Assembly (NCBI GenBank): GCA_021158055.1
Contig: JAGGVJ010000005.1
Span: 1-35,600 of the forward strand
Direction: 5' to 3'
Length of the DNA: 35,600 nt
Source of the DNA: Candidatus Iainarchaeum sp.
Lineage (GTDB): Archaea; Iainarchaeota; Iainarchaeia; JAGGVJ01
The notes under the pieces are model-generated. The model saw only the letters and a list, made by a program, of their open reading frames with translations, searched no databases and was not told the DNA's origin. Made by a program: the position numbers and the translations under genes. Shown piece after piece: positions 1-9,010 of this stretch; within the stretch, counting starts at the first letter, position 1; each line of letters opens with the position of its first letter.

Positions 1-168
1 GAGGTCACTGCGGAAGCCACGAGAGTGAGTGATTCAGCTGAATTCGGCCCGTTCGCAGGAACAGGCGGGCAGGTGTCCATTGAAGTCCCGCCTGGGGTTT
101 ATAATATTCAGGCGTGCATTCCTGAATTCGTAAAGTGCAGCTGGAAATATAATGTGGAGCTTGCGTAA
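1..168 (+). CDS. 3' end of a gene cut by the window edge; paralogue of the DUF2341 surface protein at 23003-24883
   Basis: Frame 1 reads EVTAEATRVSDSAEFGPFAGTGGQVSIEVPPGVYNIQACIPEFVKCSWKYNVELA*, 42/55 aa identical to the C-terminus of the 23003-24883 product; not in the ORF track. Confidence 0.9.
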   Translation, partial: EVTAEATRVSDSAEFGPFAGTGGQVSIEVPPGVYNIQACIPEFVKCSWKYNVELA

Positions 169-207
169 GCAATCAGCTGAAAAATTGACAACTGTGTTGG
201 TGGGTAA

Positions 208-1302
208 TTGAACGAATTGAAAGAATTGAAAGAAACGGTTCATGTGGACGGGTCTTTCCTTGAGGGCGGGGGGCAGATTCTCCGCTCGTCAGTTGCGCTT
301 TCGTGCATCACCAAGCAGCCTGTGGAAATCAACAACATAAGAGCCGAAAGAAGAAACCCTGGTCTTGCAGCCCAACACCTGACAGGCATCGGCCTGGCTG
401 CAAAAATGTCCAAGGCAAGCGTTGAAGGGTTGAGGCCGGGTTCAAAGGAGTTAATTTTTTCCCCTGAAAAAATTGCCGGGGGAATGTATTCCGCAAACGT
501 CGGAACCGCGGGGTCAATCACTTTGGTTCTCCAGTCAGCTGTTCCGGTTGCGGCGTTTTCAGATTCAAAAACAAATGTAATGATCTCGGGGGGAACAGAT
601 GTCTTGTGGAGCCCGCCCGTGGATTACACTTCAAACGTGGTTTTTCCGGTTCTTTCAAAAATGGGTTTTTCATGCAGCCTCAAAACCAAGAAAAGAGGAT
701 ATTATCCGCGCGGAGGAGGGCTTGTCAAGTTCTGGTGCCTGCCTGCAAAAGAACTGAAACCGGTTGATTTTTCATTGGGATTAAAAGAAAAGGATTTCAA
801 AGTTGTGAGGGGGATCAGCCACTGCGCAGGGCTTCCTGAAGACATTGCGGAACGCCAGGCAAAGTCAGCGGGAAAAGCCCTTGAAGAAGTTTTCGGTGAT
901 GTGATAATTGACATTGAAGCCGCTCCAAAAAACAGGTCGCAGACCATCGGCTCAGGCATAACTCTTTGGCTTGAGTCAAAAAATGCAGTGATCGGTTCAA
1001 GTTCTCTTGGCGCTCAAGGAAAACCCGCTGAAAAAGTCGGGGCAGAAGCAGCTGAAATTCTCAAAAAAACAATTGAAAGCAAATGCCCGGTCGACGAACA
1101 CGCGTCAGACCAGCTTTTGATTTTCATGGCGCTTGCACGCGGAAGATCCTGCCTGCTCACAGATGTCCTTTCAAGCCATTCAAAGACAAACATGTACATC
1201 ATAGAAAAGTTTCTTCCTGTAAAGTTCAAAACAGAAGAAACCGATTGCGGGATTTTGATAAGTGTTGAAGGAGCAGGCGTCAAAAACCCTGATTTTAAGT
1301 AG
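208..1302 (+). CDS. rtcA: RNA 3'-terminal phosphate cyclase
   Basis: DGSxxEGGGQILR, RxNPGLxxQH, GTAGSITL, GGTDV, RGYYPxGGG, DEHxxDQ and SHxxTN (catalytic His) motifs. Confidence 0.95.
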   Translation: MNELKELKETVHVDGSFLEGGGQILRSSVALSCITKQPVEINNIRAERRNPGLAAQHLTGIGLAAKMSKASVEGLRPGSKELIFSPEKIAGGMYSANVGTAGSITLVLQSAVPVAAFSDSKTNVMISGGTDVLWSPPVDYTSNVVFPVLSKMGFSCSLKTKKRGYYPRGGGLVKFWCLPAKELKPVDFSLGLKEKDFKVVRGISHCAGLPEDIAERQAKSAGKALEEVFGDVIIDIEAAPKNRSQTIGSGITLWLESKNAVIGSSSLGAQGKPAEKVGAEAAEILKKTIESKCPVDEHASDQLLIFMALARGRSCLLTDVLSSHSKTNMYIIEKFLPVKFKTEETDCGILISVEGAGVKNPDFK

Positions 1303-1324
1303 TGGTCGAAAGGAATCAGGCTAT

Positions 1325-1389
1325 TGTTTGGTTTTGTAAAACTATACAATTACCCCCATGTTTGGTTTTGTAAAACCAACCTTTATAAA
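1325..1389 (+). promoter_or_regulatory. Two identical 18-bp boxes TGTTTGGTTTTGTAAAAC followed by a TATA-like TTTATAAA
   Basis: Copies at 1325-1342 and 1359-1376; the second extends to the palindrome TTGGTTTT-GT-AAAACCAA (1362-1379); TTTATAAA at 1382-1389. Confidence 0.55.
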
Positions 1390-1415
1390 TAAGTTTGGCG
1401 TAATTTAACTTTTTC

Positions 1416-1471
1416 GTAAGTCCCCTTCCGAAAGGGGGTAGTTCACTGAGCATTCCCTTGTGGTTGTTTTT
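1416..1471 (+). ncRNA. Candidate small RNA resembling an IS200/IS605 right end (copy 1)
   Basis: GTAAGTCCCCTTCC-GAAA-GGGGGTAGTTCAC (1416-1446) starts ~27 nt after the TATA box, followed by 20 nt and TTTTT; no + strand ORF downstream; second copy at 15214-15246 (-). Confidence 0.5.
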
Positions 1472-1506
1472 ATTAATCTGTTAATGATTTCAAATAAGCA
1501 ATGGAT

Positions 1507-2388
1507 TCAGACAAGCGCAAAGACAAAATACATAAAGTCGCCGATTGCAAGGTTCAAAACCAGTGACAAAAAGATGAACGGCACAAAAGCAGGGCTTCCG
1601 CGGTAAACAGGAAGTGTCTTGATGTCGTGTTTTTTGCATTTTTCAATTATTTTTTCAAGGTCTTTTTGCTCAAGCACTTTTTTCGACCCTGTTTCAAGAA
1701 TGGCCGCGGTTTTTTCGTCGAGAAGCTCGGTTGCAAGGACTTCCTCGTCTTCTATTTCTTCCGGCTTCAGGTTTATTATTATGAATCTTTTGGTAATTTC
1801 ATTCTTGAACGCAAAAGAAAGCGAACCCGCAGCCAAAGGAAGTCCCACAAGAAGCCCCGCAGTGAAAGAGGCGCTGGTTGAAGAAACAAAAAACCAGGTC
1901 AGCCACGCAGTGAATGCAAGCATTGCCAATGCCGTAAGAAGTGTTTTTGCATTTGGTTTGAAATGTCTTGTTTTGTCAAGGAAGATCCTTGCAAGGTAAT
2001 AAGGAGACATGAAGCTCATTGCAAGGTATGCCGATACAAAGATCACTGGCAGTATGAACGGAAGGGAAATTACCATTGTTTCCGGTGCCTGCGCGAAAGG
2101 GTGGGTCGGAAGAAGCAAGACAAGGCCTGTGAAAAGAAGTATGTCTCCGCCGCCCATTTGTCCGGTATAGTAAATGACGTACCCGATTCCGAAAACCAGT
2201 GCAGCCATTGAAAAAGTTGAGATTATATAGGAAAAGTCAAGGGAAGCAAGAGTCAGGATTATCCCGAGCCCGATCATTGAATAAACTGTTTTCTGCGGGA
2301 CAAGTTTTGTTTTGGCATCCACTATTGCAGAGTAAAGCGTTCCGATGACTGCGATGGCTGTTTTTGCGACTGCCAGTTCAAAAATCAT
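1507..2388 (-). CDS. A24-family prepilin/preflagellin peptidase (FlaK/PibD-like)
   Basis: Polytopic membrane protein with N-terminal Asp (AIVD), GGGD motif and C-terminal PAFVPFI; ATGA overlap with pus10. Confidence 0.85.
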   Translation of the reverse strand: MIFELAVAKTAIAVIGTLYSAIVDAKTKLVPQKTVYSMIGLGIILTLASLDFSYIISTFSMAALVFGIGYVIYYTGQMGGGDILLFTGLVLLLPTHPFAQAPETMVISLPFILPVIFVSAYLAMSFMSPYYLARIFLDKTRHFKPNAKTLLTALAMLAFTAWLTWFFVSSTSASFTAGLLVGLPLAAGSLSFAFKNEITKRFIIINLKPEEIEDEEVLATELLDEKTAAILETGSKKVLEQKDLEKIIEKCKKHDIKTLPVYRGSPAFVPFIFLSLVLNLAIGDFMYFVFALV

Positions 2389-3704
2389 TTTTTCTTTCTC
2401 CTGGCAACTGTTTTCTTTGGGATTATCTCAAGCACGTCAAGCTCAACGCATTTGCATTTCGCGCCGAGAACACTTGATACGTTTGGTTTTGTCCGTTCTT
2501 CGTCCCCGCTTACAAGTTCTTTTATGTATGTCCCGGCACTTGCCCTGACAAATAATTCAAATGTTTTTCCCCTTTTTGGTTTTTTCCATTCCATTGAATA
2601 AACGTATTTTTTCCGGCTCAAGTTGGCTCTCCTGTGAAGCACGCGCAAGGGGGTCTGCTGGATTATTTCCGATTCGGTGAATTCGCTGAGTTTTTCAAGC
2701 TCGCTTTTTTTGATTTCCCGCTCGCATTCAACGAGAGCGCGGTAGCTTTTGTCAAATTTTGCAAGTTTTAGCTCGCGTATTTTTTTCCTGCCGCACGATT
2801 CAAGGTTTTTTATTTCAACTGATCCTTTTGCAAAAGAATTGATTTTTTTTTCAAGTTTTTTCAAGTCAGTTTTTCGTTTTTTCGGGTTTTTCAGTTCCAG
2901 AACAAACGGCCTGCCGTCATTAAGCATTAACGCGTCAATGTCTTCTCTTCCTGCCCCGTGAAAGCTTTGGGTTTCGGCGCCGAATTCCTCAAGGCATTTT
3001 GCCGCAATGAGCTCTTCAACGCTTGTTTCATACTGCTTTCCTGTGCCCTTGCATTTTTCGCATCCTTTTCCCCTGCACGCCCTGCAGGGCCATTTTGTCT
3101 GGGGAATCCCTCTTTTCAGCTTGATGTAGTTTGCGCACAAAAACAAGGGGTTTATTTTGATTTCAAGGTCTTGCTCTGTAAAATCAACTATTATGTTTAC
3201 GTCAGGCAAGTCAAAGTCAACTTCTTTATCAAGTTTTTCTGAAATTTGCTTGCCTACCAGCCTGTTGAGGTTTTGTTTCAGCGGTTCGCTTGATTCGATT
3301 CCGATTTCAGTCCACATTGCTTCTTCTTTTTCAACCAGATCTTTTGGCACGCGCGAGCCCACAAGAAAAGTGTCGAATTCAATTCCTTCAAGGCTTTCTG
3401 CAACCCAGTCGGTTATTGTTTTCAGGTTTGTCAGCCCCTTGCAAAATCTGCATTCTGACGGCTCGTTTGCTTTTACCTTGAGTGCTTTTGCAATCTTATT
3501 CCCGCGTTCGCTGTTTGAAGTGCCTTTAACAGTGTTTATGAACTGCCTGCCAAGGCATTCGTTGCATGCTTTTTCTTTCAGCAGGAATTTCGCTTTTTCT
3601 TTCATTTTTTTTGAAAGAACTAAATCCCTGCTTTTTTTCAGGGTTTTTTCTGCTTTTGTTTTTGTCTTTGGTTTTTTCACTGAATCACTGTTCCCTGTGG
3701 TCAA
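2385..3704 (-). CDS. pus10: tRNA pseudouridine(54/55) synthase Pus10
   Basis: CxxCLGRQF Zn site, THUMP-like region, YxKLxRGIPQTKW, HGAGREDID, GRPF, QxTPxRVxHRR and GTYIKELVSGD. Confidence 0.95.
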   Translation of the reverse strand: MTTGNSDSVKKPKTKTKAEKTLKKSRDLVLSKKMKEKAKFLLKEKACNECLGRQFINTVKGTSNSERGNKIAKALKVKANEPSECRFCKGLTNLKTITDWVAESLEGIEFDTFLVGSRVPKDLVEKEEAMWTEIGIESSEPLKQNLNRLVGKQISEKLDKEVDFDLPDVNIIVDFTEQDLEIKINPLFLCANYIKLKRGIPQTKWPCRACRGKGCEKCKGTGKQYETSVEELIAAKCLEEFGAETQSFHGAGREDIDALMLNDGRPFVLELKNPKKRKTDLKKLEKKINSFAKGSVEIKNLESCGRKKIRELKLAKFDKSYRALVECEREIKKSELEKLSEFTESEIIQQTPLRVLHRRANLSRKKYVYSMEWKKPKRGKTFELFVRASAGTYIKELVSGDEERTKPNVSSVLGAKCKCVELDVLEIIPKKTVARRKKK

Positions 3705-4311
3705 GTTCTATGTTGACAAAAGTTATGCATTGGCTTGAAAGGTATTCCTTGTTTCCGAGCGAAACCGGTTTTGCCTTGATTTTTTCAAGCAGTTTTTTTT
3801 GGTTTGGATCAAGCCCTTTGTTGTCGCCCAAAACCCATAAGGAGTTTTTTTCGGATTCTTTGCTTTCAATTTGTTTGATGTCTGTTCCGGCAAAGTCAAG
3901 AAAAAACACGTTTTTGTCTTTTGCAAAAGCCGAGAGCGTTTCTTCAAACCCTTTGTTTTGCACTTCAATTCCCTGAGGGGTTTCGTTTATGGTTTTTTCA
4001 GGCCCGCGTGCGTTTTCAGGCGGTCCGTTTGCAAGGTCAAGCGCTTTTTTTATCGCGAAAGCAATGCTTCTTTCGTCAGGCGAAATGCGTTTCAGTTTTT
4101 CCGGCCTGAAAACAAGGGTCATTGGCGGGTTTGGTTTTCCCCCGAGCACTGCCACGAATTCAGTGTTGTTTCTAAGCGACCCTGACAGCCACAATGCACT
4201 TGACAGGCACCTGCACACAATATCCATTCGCCCGCCTGCGCCCGGCAGGTCTTTTTCGTTCAGGTTTCTCCCTGTAAAAGCGTTGTTTGCGGCAATCAGA
4301 AATGTTTTCAT
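3685..4311 (-). CDS. trmY: tRNA (pseudouridine54-N1)-methyltransferase (SPOUT)
   Basis: GRMDIVCRC, PDERS, LGDxxG and SLG...QCI motifs; overlaps pus10; start chosen at ATG 4311 (4326 possible). Confidence 0.88.
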   Translation of the reverse strand: MKTFLIAANNAFTGRNLNEKDLPGAGGRMDIVCRCLSSALWLSGSLRNNTEFVAVLGGKPNPPMTLVFRPEKLKRISPDERSIAFAIKKALDLANGPPENARGPEKTINETPQGIEVQNKGFEETLSAFAKDKNVFFLDFAGTDIKQIESKESEKNSLWVLGDNKGLDPNQKKLLEKIKAKPVSLGNKEYLSSQCITFVNIELDHREQ

Positions 4312-4605
4312 GTCAGTTCCCTGCATTGGATTTTTTTGCTGGATGTAATCGAATGATAAAAAGTTTATTTTTGGCAAGATAAATGTAAGTGAAATGAATG
4401 GGGCTTACGTTCCTTATAAATATTTGAGGGCCGTTTTGGAAGTTATTAAATATGTGCAACAGTTTAGTTAGATTGGTTTATGCTAGTTAGGTTGGTTTGT
4501 GCGGTCTGGCATTGGCTGACAGTTAAATAAATCAGCAGCATGAATAAAAAGTCGGCATAAATGAAAAAAAATCAGAACAACAAAAATTGTTGACAGAGGG
4601 ATATT

Positions 4606-5160
4606 ATGGATTTTGGACTTATTTTGGGCCTTGGGATTGCAGTAATTATCGCCGGGATATTTGTATATTATTACAACAAAGTAATTCTGCTTTCAAACAG
4701 GACAGATAACGCGTGGTCGCAGATTGACGTCCAGCTCAAGAAAAGGGTTGATTTGGTCCCGAACCTTGTTGAGACGGTGAAGGGTTATGCAAAACACGAA
4801 AAAGCAGCCATTGACAGCGTTACAAAAGCAAGAAAACAGATGATGGGAGCAACGACCCCAAAAGAAGCGGCGGCGGCGGACAATTTGCTTTCGGGCGCGT
4901 TGAAATCAATTCTTGCACTTGCTGAAAACTACCCTGATTTAAAGGCAAACGAGAATTTCAGGCTGCTTCAGGAACAGCTTGAAGGGATTGAAAACAAGAT
5001 CGCTTTTGCAAGGCAGTTTTACAACGATTCCGTGCTTGAGTACAATAACGCAGTCACAATGATCCCGAGTTCATTTATCGCCTCAATCATGAACAAAGCC
5101 CAACGCGAGTATTTTGAGATAGAGGAAACAGGACGCGAACCTGTAGAAGTTTCATTTTAA
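4606..5160 (+). CDS. lemA: LemA family protein
   Basis: N-terminal TM; [31 protein letters not shown], [20 protein letters not shown]. Confidence 0.95.
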   Translation: MDFGLILGLGIAVIIAGIFVYYYNKVILLSNRTDNAWSQIDVQLKKRVDLVPNLVETVKGYAKHEKAAIDSVTKARKQMMGATTPKEAAAADNLLSGALKSILALAENYPDLKANENFRLLQEQLEGIENKIAFARQFYNDSVLEYNNAVTMIPSSFIASIMNKAQREYFEIEETGREPVEVSF

Positions 5161-5204
5161 GGTCTGAAAGTCCAGTGTTGTGACTGTCAGCCGTTGGTGG
5201 GTGC

Positions 5205-6113
5205 ATGGCGACGACTTCATTTTACGATGAAATAAGCAGAAACAAAAGAAATTCAATTTTGCTGACAGGGTTTGTGTTTTTGGTTCTTGCGGCGCTGATC
5301 TATTCTTTTTCTCTTTTCATTGACGACCAGGTAATTTCAACACTGTTTTTGGCTTTTGCATTTGTTTTGGCTTCCGCGCACATTTTTGTTTCCTATAACT
5401 ACGGGGACAAAATAGTTCTCAAATCAGTCGGGGCAGTTGAAGCAAACCGCAACGACGTAAAGGACGTGTATTTTGTAAACACTGTTGAAGGCCTTGCGAT
5501 TGCAGCAGGGCTTCCGGCTCCGAAAGCGTATGTCATCGACTCAGGGGAACTGAACGCTTTTGCAACAGGAAAAGACCCGAAACACGCGTCAATTGCAGTT
5601 ACAAGGGGCTTGATGAAGGTGCTGAAGCGGGAAGAGCTTGAGGGGGTTGTCGCTCACGAGATGAGCCACATCAAGAATTATGACATCAGGTTTGCAACCC
5701 TTATTGCAGTGCTGGTCGGGCTCGTTGCCATATTGAGCCATATGTTTTTGAGGTTCGGCAGGTATGGCCTTGGAGGAAGAAGCAGAGGCAAAGGAGGTGG
5801 GATTGTCGTGCTGATTATTGTTTTTGGGTTTGTGCTTGCGATAATCTCCCCGCTTGTAACAAGGATGGTGCAGGCTTCGATTTCCAGAAAGCGCGAGTTC
5901 ATGGCTGACGCGGGAGGGGCAAAACTTACAAGGTATCCTGAAGGGCTTGCAGGCGCGCTTGAAAAAATATCAAAAACAAACAAGGGGACGCTTAAAGTAA
6001 GCGAGGCGGTTTCGCATTTGTTTTTCGCAGACCCTGTAAGGAGCCATCTTGACGGGCTGTTTGCAACCCACCCGCCGATAGAAAAAAGAATAGAGGTTTT
6101 GCGCTCAATGTAA
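5205..6113 (+). CDS. htpX: M48 zinc metalloprotease HtpX
   Basis: NAFATG, HEMSH (HExxH), SRKREFMAD, FATHPP; lemA-htpX pair. Confidence 0.93.
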   Translation: MATTSFYDEISRNKRNSILLTGFVFLVLAALIYSFSLFIDDQVISTLFLAFAFVLASAHIFVSYNYGDKIVLKSVGAVEANRNDVKDVYFVNTVEGLAIAAGLPAPKAYVIDSGELNAFATGKDPKHASIAVTRGLMKVLKREELEGVVAHEMSHIKNYDIRFATLIAVLVGLVAILSHMFLRFGRYGLGGRSRGKGGGIVVLIIVFGFVLAIISPLVTRMVQASISRKREFMADAGGAKLTRYPEGLAGALEKISKTNKGTLKVSEAVSHLFFADPVRSHLDGLFATHPPIEKRIEVLRSM

Positions 6114-6199
6114 TTGAAGTGACAACTTGCATGAAATGAATGTAAAATGAGTCCGGAAGAAGCAAAGGCAGGATAAGAAGATGATAAAAAAGAAGAAAA

Positions 6200-6221
6200 G
6201 CGGGGCATTTGTCTGCCCCGC
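6200..6221. terminator. GC-rich hairpin between convergent genes
   Basis: GCGGGGCA-tttgtc-TGCCCCGC perfect 8-bp stem; A-rich left flank gives a U-tract on the - strand, and TTT follows on the right. Confidence 0.6.
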
Positions 6222-6264
6222 GTTTGCTTGTCAAATTTTGCCTTTTTTTGCTAGTTTATCTGTT

Positions 6265-6576
6265 TTATTCCAGTTCAATTTCTATCGGGCCGATTTTGCC
6301 TGCTACAAAGTTGTAGAGTAAAGCGCAGACTGCGCTGCCAATGAAACCGAACACGGCATATATTATTGCACCCATGACTGTTCCAATCAACCCGGCAATC
6401 AGGATTCCAATGAAACCGGCGCTTGCATCCAGTCCCATTATTGGAGCCAATGCAGATCCCGACACAGCAACCAGCAATGTTCCCACAACGCCCACTATCA
6501 GCACCATGGTTCCCATAAGGGCAGCTTCTATTTTTGCAAGGGACATTACCCCGATTTTATTTATCTTTTGTGTCAT
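6265..6576 (-). CDS. Small two-TM membrane protein (DUF3566-like)
   Basis: KIGVMSLAKI N-terminus, two hydrophobic helices, LYNFVAGKIGPIEIELE C-terminus. Confidence 0.65.
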   Translation of the reverse strand: MTQKINKIGVMSLAKIEAALMGTMVLIVGVVGTLLVAVSGSALAPIMGLDASAGFIGILIAGLIGTVMGAIIYAVFGFIGSAVCALLYNFVAGKIGPIEIELE

Positions 6577-6679
6577 TTACCATCACTTCCTTTAGTTTTT
6601 GTTATTTTTTCGCTTCCAGTTAAAATTTTTAAGTGATATCTATTAGTTAACACGGTGTTAATAAATGTTGTTTTGCGGT

Positions 6680-7252
6680 TCACGGCGCCTGACGTATTTT
6701 TCCTGAATAGGCAACTGATTCAACCAGGTTTTTTCTTTCATCCAAAAACAGTTTTTTTACTTTGATTTCGACGCTTGATTTTGTTTCCGCCTGTTTTAGC
6801 TCAATCACAGCAACAGACTCTTCCTCGAGTTTTGCAGACCCCCATGCACCGGTTACAGTTCCCGGGTTCACGCAGACAACGCCGTTGATTTCTTTTGCTT
6901 CAAAAGTGTGGGTGTGCCCGCTTACGGCAATGCTGCAGTTCAGCTTTTTTGCGTGTTCTGCAACGGCTTCAATATTTCCGCGGCCAAACTGGTCGCCGTG
7001 CAAAAGAAGAATTTTTATGGATTCCAGTACCTTGATGACTTTCACCCGCTCTATCCCAAGGTTTTCCATGTTGCCGTTTACTGCTTCAACGTGGCCGAAT
7101 TTTTCAAGTGATTTCAAAACAAAGTATTCCGTGTGGTCTCCCGTGCTCAAGACAAGGTCAGGTGAAATCCGGAGGATTTTTTTTGATAACACGCTTGAAA
7201 TGGCTTGTTTTCTTTCAGGGATGTGCAGGTCCCCAAGGCACACAATAATCAA
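6680..7252 (-). CDS. YfcE/MJ0936/Vps29-family metallophosphoesterase
   Basis: GDLHIP, TGD, GNxE, HG, GHTH and NPG motifs. Confidence 0.9.
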   Translation of the reverse strand: MIIVCLGDLHIPERKQAISSVLSKKILRISPDLVLSTGDHTEYFVLKSLEKFGHVEAVNGNMENLGIERVKVIKVLESIKILLLHGDQFGRGNIEAVAEHAKKLNCSIAVSGHTHTFEAKEINGVVCVNPGTVTGAWGSAKLEEESVAVIELKQAETKSSVEIKVKKLFLDERKNLVESVAYSGKIRQAP

Positions 7253-7277
7253 TCAAACACCTTTGACAGCAATTTTT

Positions 7278-8609
7278 TTATGTTCCGGGAAAACCCTGGT
7301 TTTCAAATTTTTTCATCAGCCCGCCGAGGGGACCGCGTTTTCCTTTTTTGAGCATTTTCATCATTTTCTGGGTTTTTTTGAATTCACGCAAAAGCTCGCG
7401 AATCTGCTCCGGTCTTGTGCCTGATCCCCTGCTTATGCGAAGGATTCTTGATTTGTTTAAAATATCTGAATTTAATGTCTCTTCTTCAGTCATGCTGTCT
7501 ATGATGTGCTTGAACCTCTTGAGCTTCTCCTCTGACTTTTTGAGTTCGCTTTTATCCAGCTGACCCCCAAGCCCCATCATCGAGACGACCTTGTTTAAAG
7601 GGCCAATTTTCTTTGCTGCCTCCAGCTGATCATAGAACATTTTCAAAGTAAAGTTGCCTTTCAGCAAATCTTCAGGTGAAAGGTCTGTTTCCGCTGTTAT
7701 CTCACGCACTTTTTCAAGCAGACCTTCAAGGTCTCCGTACCCCATTATTCTTGAAAGGTAGCGGTTTGCGTTGAATTCTTCGATGTCTTCAAGTTTTTCA
7801 CCGGTTCCGATAAAATAAACAGGGGATTCTGTTTTTGCGCACGCGCTTAAGACCCCCCCTCCTTTTGACGAACCGTCCATTTTTGTGACAATGACTCCGG
7901 TAACCCCCAAGGCGTCATGGAAAAGCTGCGCCTGTTTTCCTGCGCTCTGTCCCATGTCTGCTGACAGCACGAGAAGTATTTCGTGTGGCTGCAGTTTTTC
8001 TTTGATTGCCTTGATTTCAGTTATGAGTTCCTGATCAAGTCCGTGCCTTCCTGCGCTGTCAACCATTACCAGATCAAAGCCCTTGAATTTTTCAAGCCCG
8101 TGCCTGATTATCTCTACAGGGTCCTTGTTTTCAGGTTCACCATAGTATGGCACGTTGATTTTCTCGGCGTTTTGTTTGAGTTGTTCAAACGCCGCAGGCC
8201 TCCAGACATCTGCTGCTATGAGCCCGGTTTTCAAACCGCGTTTTGAGTAGTACTTTCCAAGTTTTGCAGTGGTTGTTGTTTTTCCTGCCCCGAACATCCC
8301 TACAAGAAGAACTTTTTTCCCGCGCGCGTCAAAAGTTTTTTTGGATTCGCCTCCAAGCACTTCAACGAGTTCGTCGTAAAATATCTTGACCAGCTGTTCT
8401 TTTCCTGAAAGCCCCATCATGGTTTTTTCCTTGAGGGCTCTTTTTTCTATTTTTTTTGATATTTCAAGGACTGTCTTTATGTTCACGTCGCTTTGAATGA
8501 GTGCACGCTGCATTTCCTTGATTACTTCTTTGACTGTTTTTTCGTCAATGAAAGTGGAGCCGCGTATTTTGTCCATTACCCCTTTTAGTTTTGTCCCAAG
8601 AAAATTCAT
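7278..8609 (-). CDS. srp54: Signal recognition particle 54 kDa protein
   Basis: GxxGAGKTTT, DVWRPAA, DSAGRH, TKMDG, GTGEK and a Met-rich M domain with SMTxxE/RIxRGSG. Confidence 0.96.
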   Translation of the reverse strand: MNFLGTKLKGVMDKIRGSTFIDEKTVKEVIKEMQRALIQSDVNIKTVLEISKKIEKRALKEKTMMGLSGKEQLVKIFYDELVEVLGGESKKTFDARGKKVLLVGMFGAGKTTTTAKLGKYYSKRGLKTGLIAADVWRPAAFEQLKQNAEKINVPYYGEPENKDPVEIIRHGLEKFKGFDLVMVDSAGRHGLDQELITEIKAIKEKLQPHEILLVLSADMGQSAGKQAQLFHDALGVTGVIVTKMDGSSKGGGVLSACAKTESPVYFIGTGEKLEDIEEFNANRYLSRIMGYGDLEGLLEKVREITAETDLSPEDLLKGNFTLKMFYDQLEAAKKIGPLNKVVSMMGLGGQLDKSELKKSEEKLKRFKHIIDSMTEEETLNSDILNKSRILRISRGSGTRPEQIRELLREFKKTQKMMKMLKKGKRGPLGGLMKKFENQGFPGT

Positions 8610-8716
8610 TTTGATCAACGGTATTTATTTTGTCTTTTTATTTTGTCCTTAATAGTTTACTGTTTTTCAGCAATTTAATTGTTTTTCAGCATTGATTTTT
8701 GTTTGCCAATCGGCCA

Positions 8717-8764
8717 TTGCCTGCTTTGCTGTTGGCAATTGTTTGTTTTGCCTGCTTTGCTGTT
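8717..8764. repeat. 17-bp direct repeat TTGCCTGCTTTGCTGTT x2
   Basis: Exact copies at 8717-8733 and 8748-8764 upstream of srp54. Confidence 0.8.
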
Positions 8765-8902
8765 TTGTTTTAATGATTTCCTTTATAACTTTATAATATA
8801 GTATTTGGCTTTTATTACTTCTTTTATTACTATTTGTTTGTCTTCAGGCACTTTTTTTGTCTCAAGACAAACATTTAAATAGCTGCTCTTCTAAGTTTTC
8901 TA

Positions 8903-9010
8903 GTGATGAGTATTATAGTCCCTACACCGAAGGCTAAGTGGAATTCAATGTATGCCTTTAGAGGCATTTGTACAGTCTTGGGAGTGTGGGGGATGAAGGT
9001 ATCTCATTAA
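8903..9010 (+). ncRNA. Candidate ~107-nt rod-shaped RNA (or leaderless 34-aa ORF 8906-9010)
   Basis: TTTAAATA at 8874-8881; nested stems 8904-8910/9003-9009, 8919-8927/8984-8992, 8931-8935/8974-8978, 8952-8957/8962-8967; G-U pairs favour the + strand. Confidence 0.45.

Noticed and set aside
1-168. DGR template/variable repeat pair with 24716-24883
   Set aside because: Differences are mostly synonymous and not adenine-specific; no reverse transcriptase in the window
4385-4408. Third copy of the GTAAGYCCCC...TTCAC motif (also GTAAGCCCG at ~19796-19804, - strand)
   Set aside because: Lacks the GAAA hairpin and GGGG arm; too short to distinguish from chance
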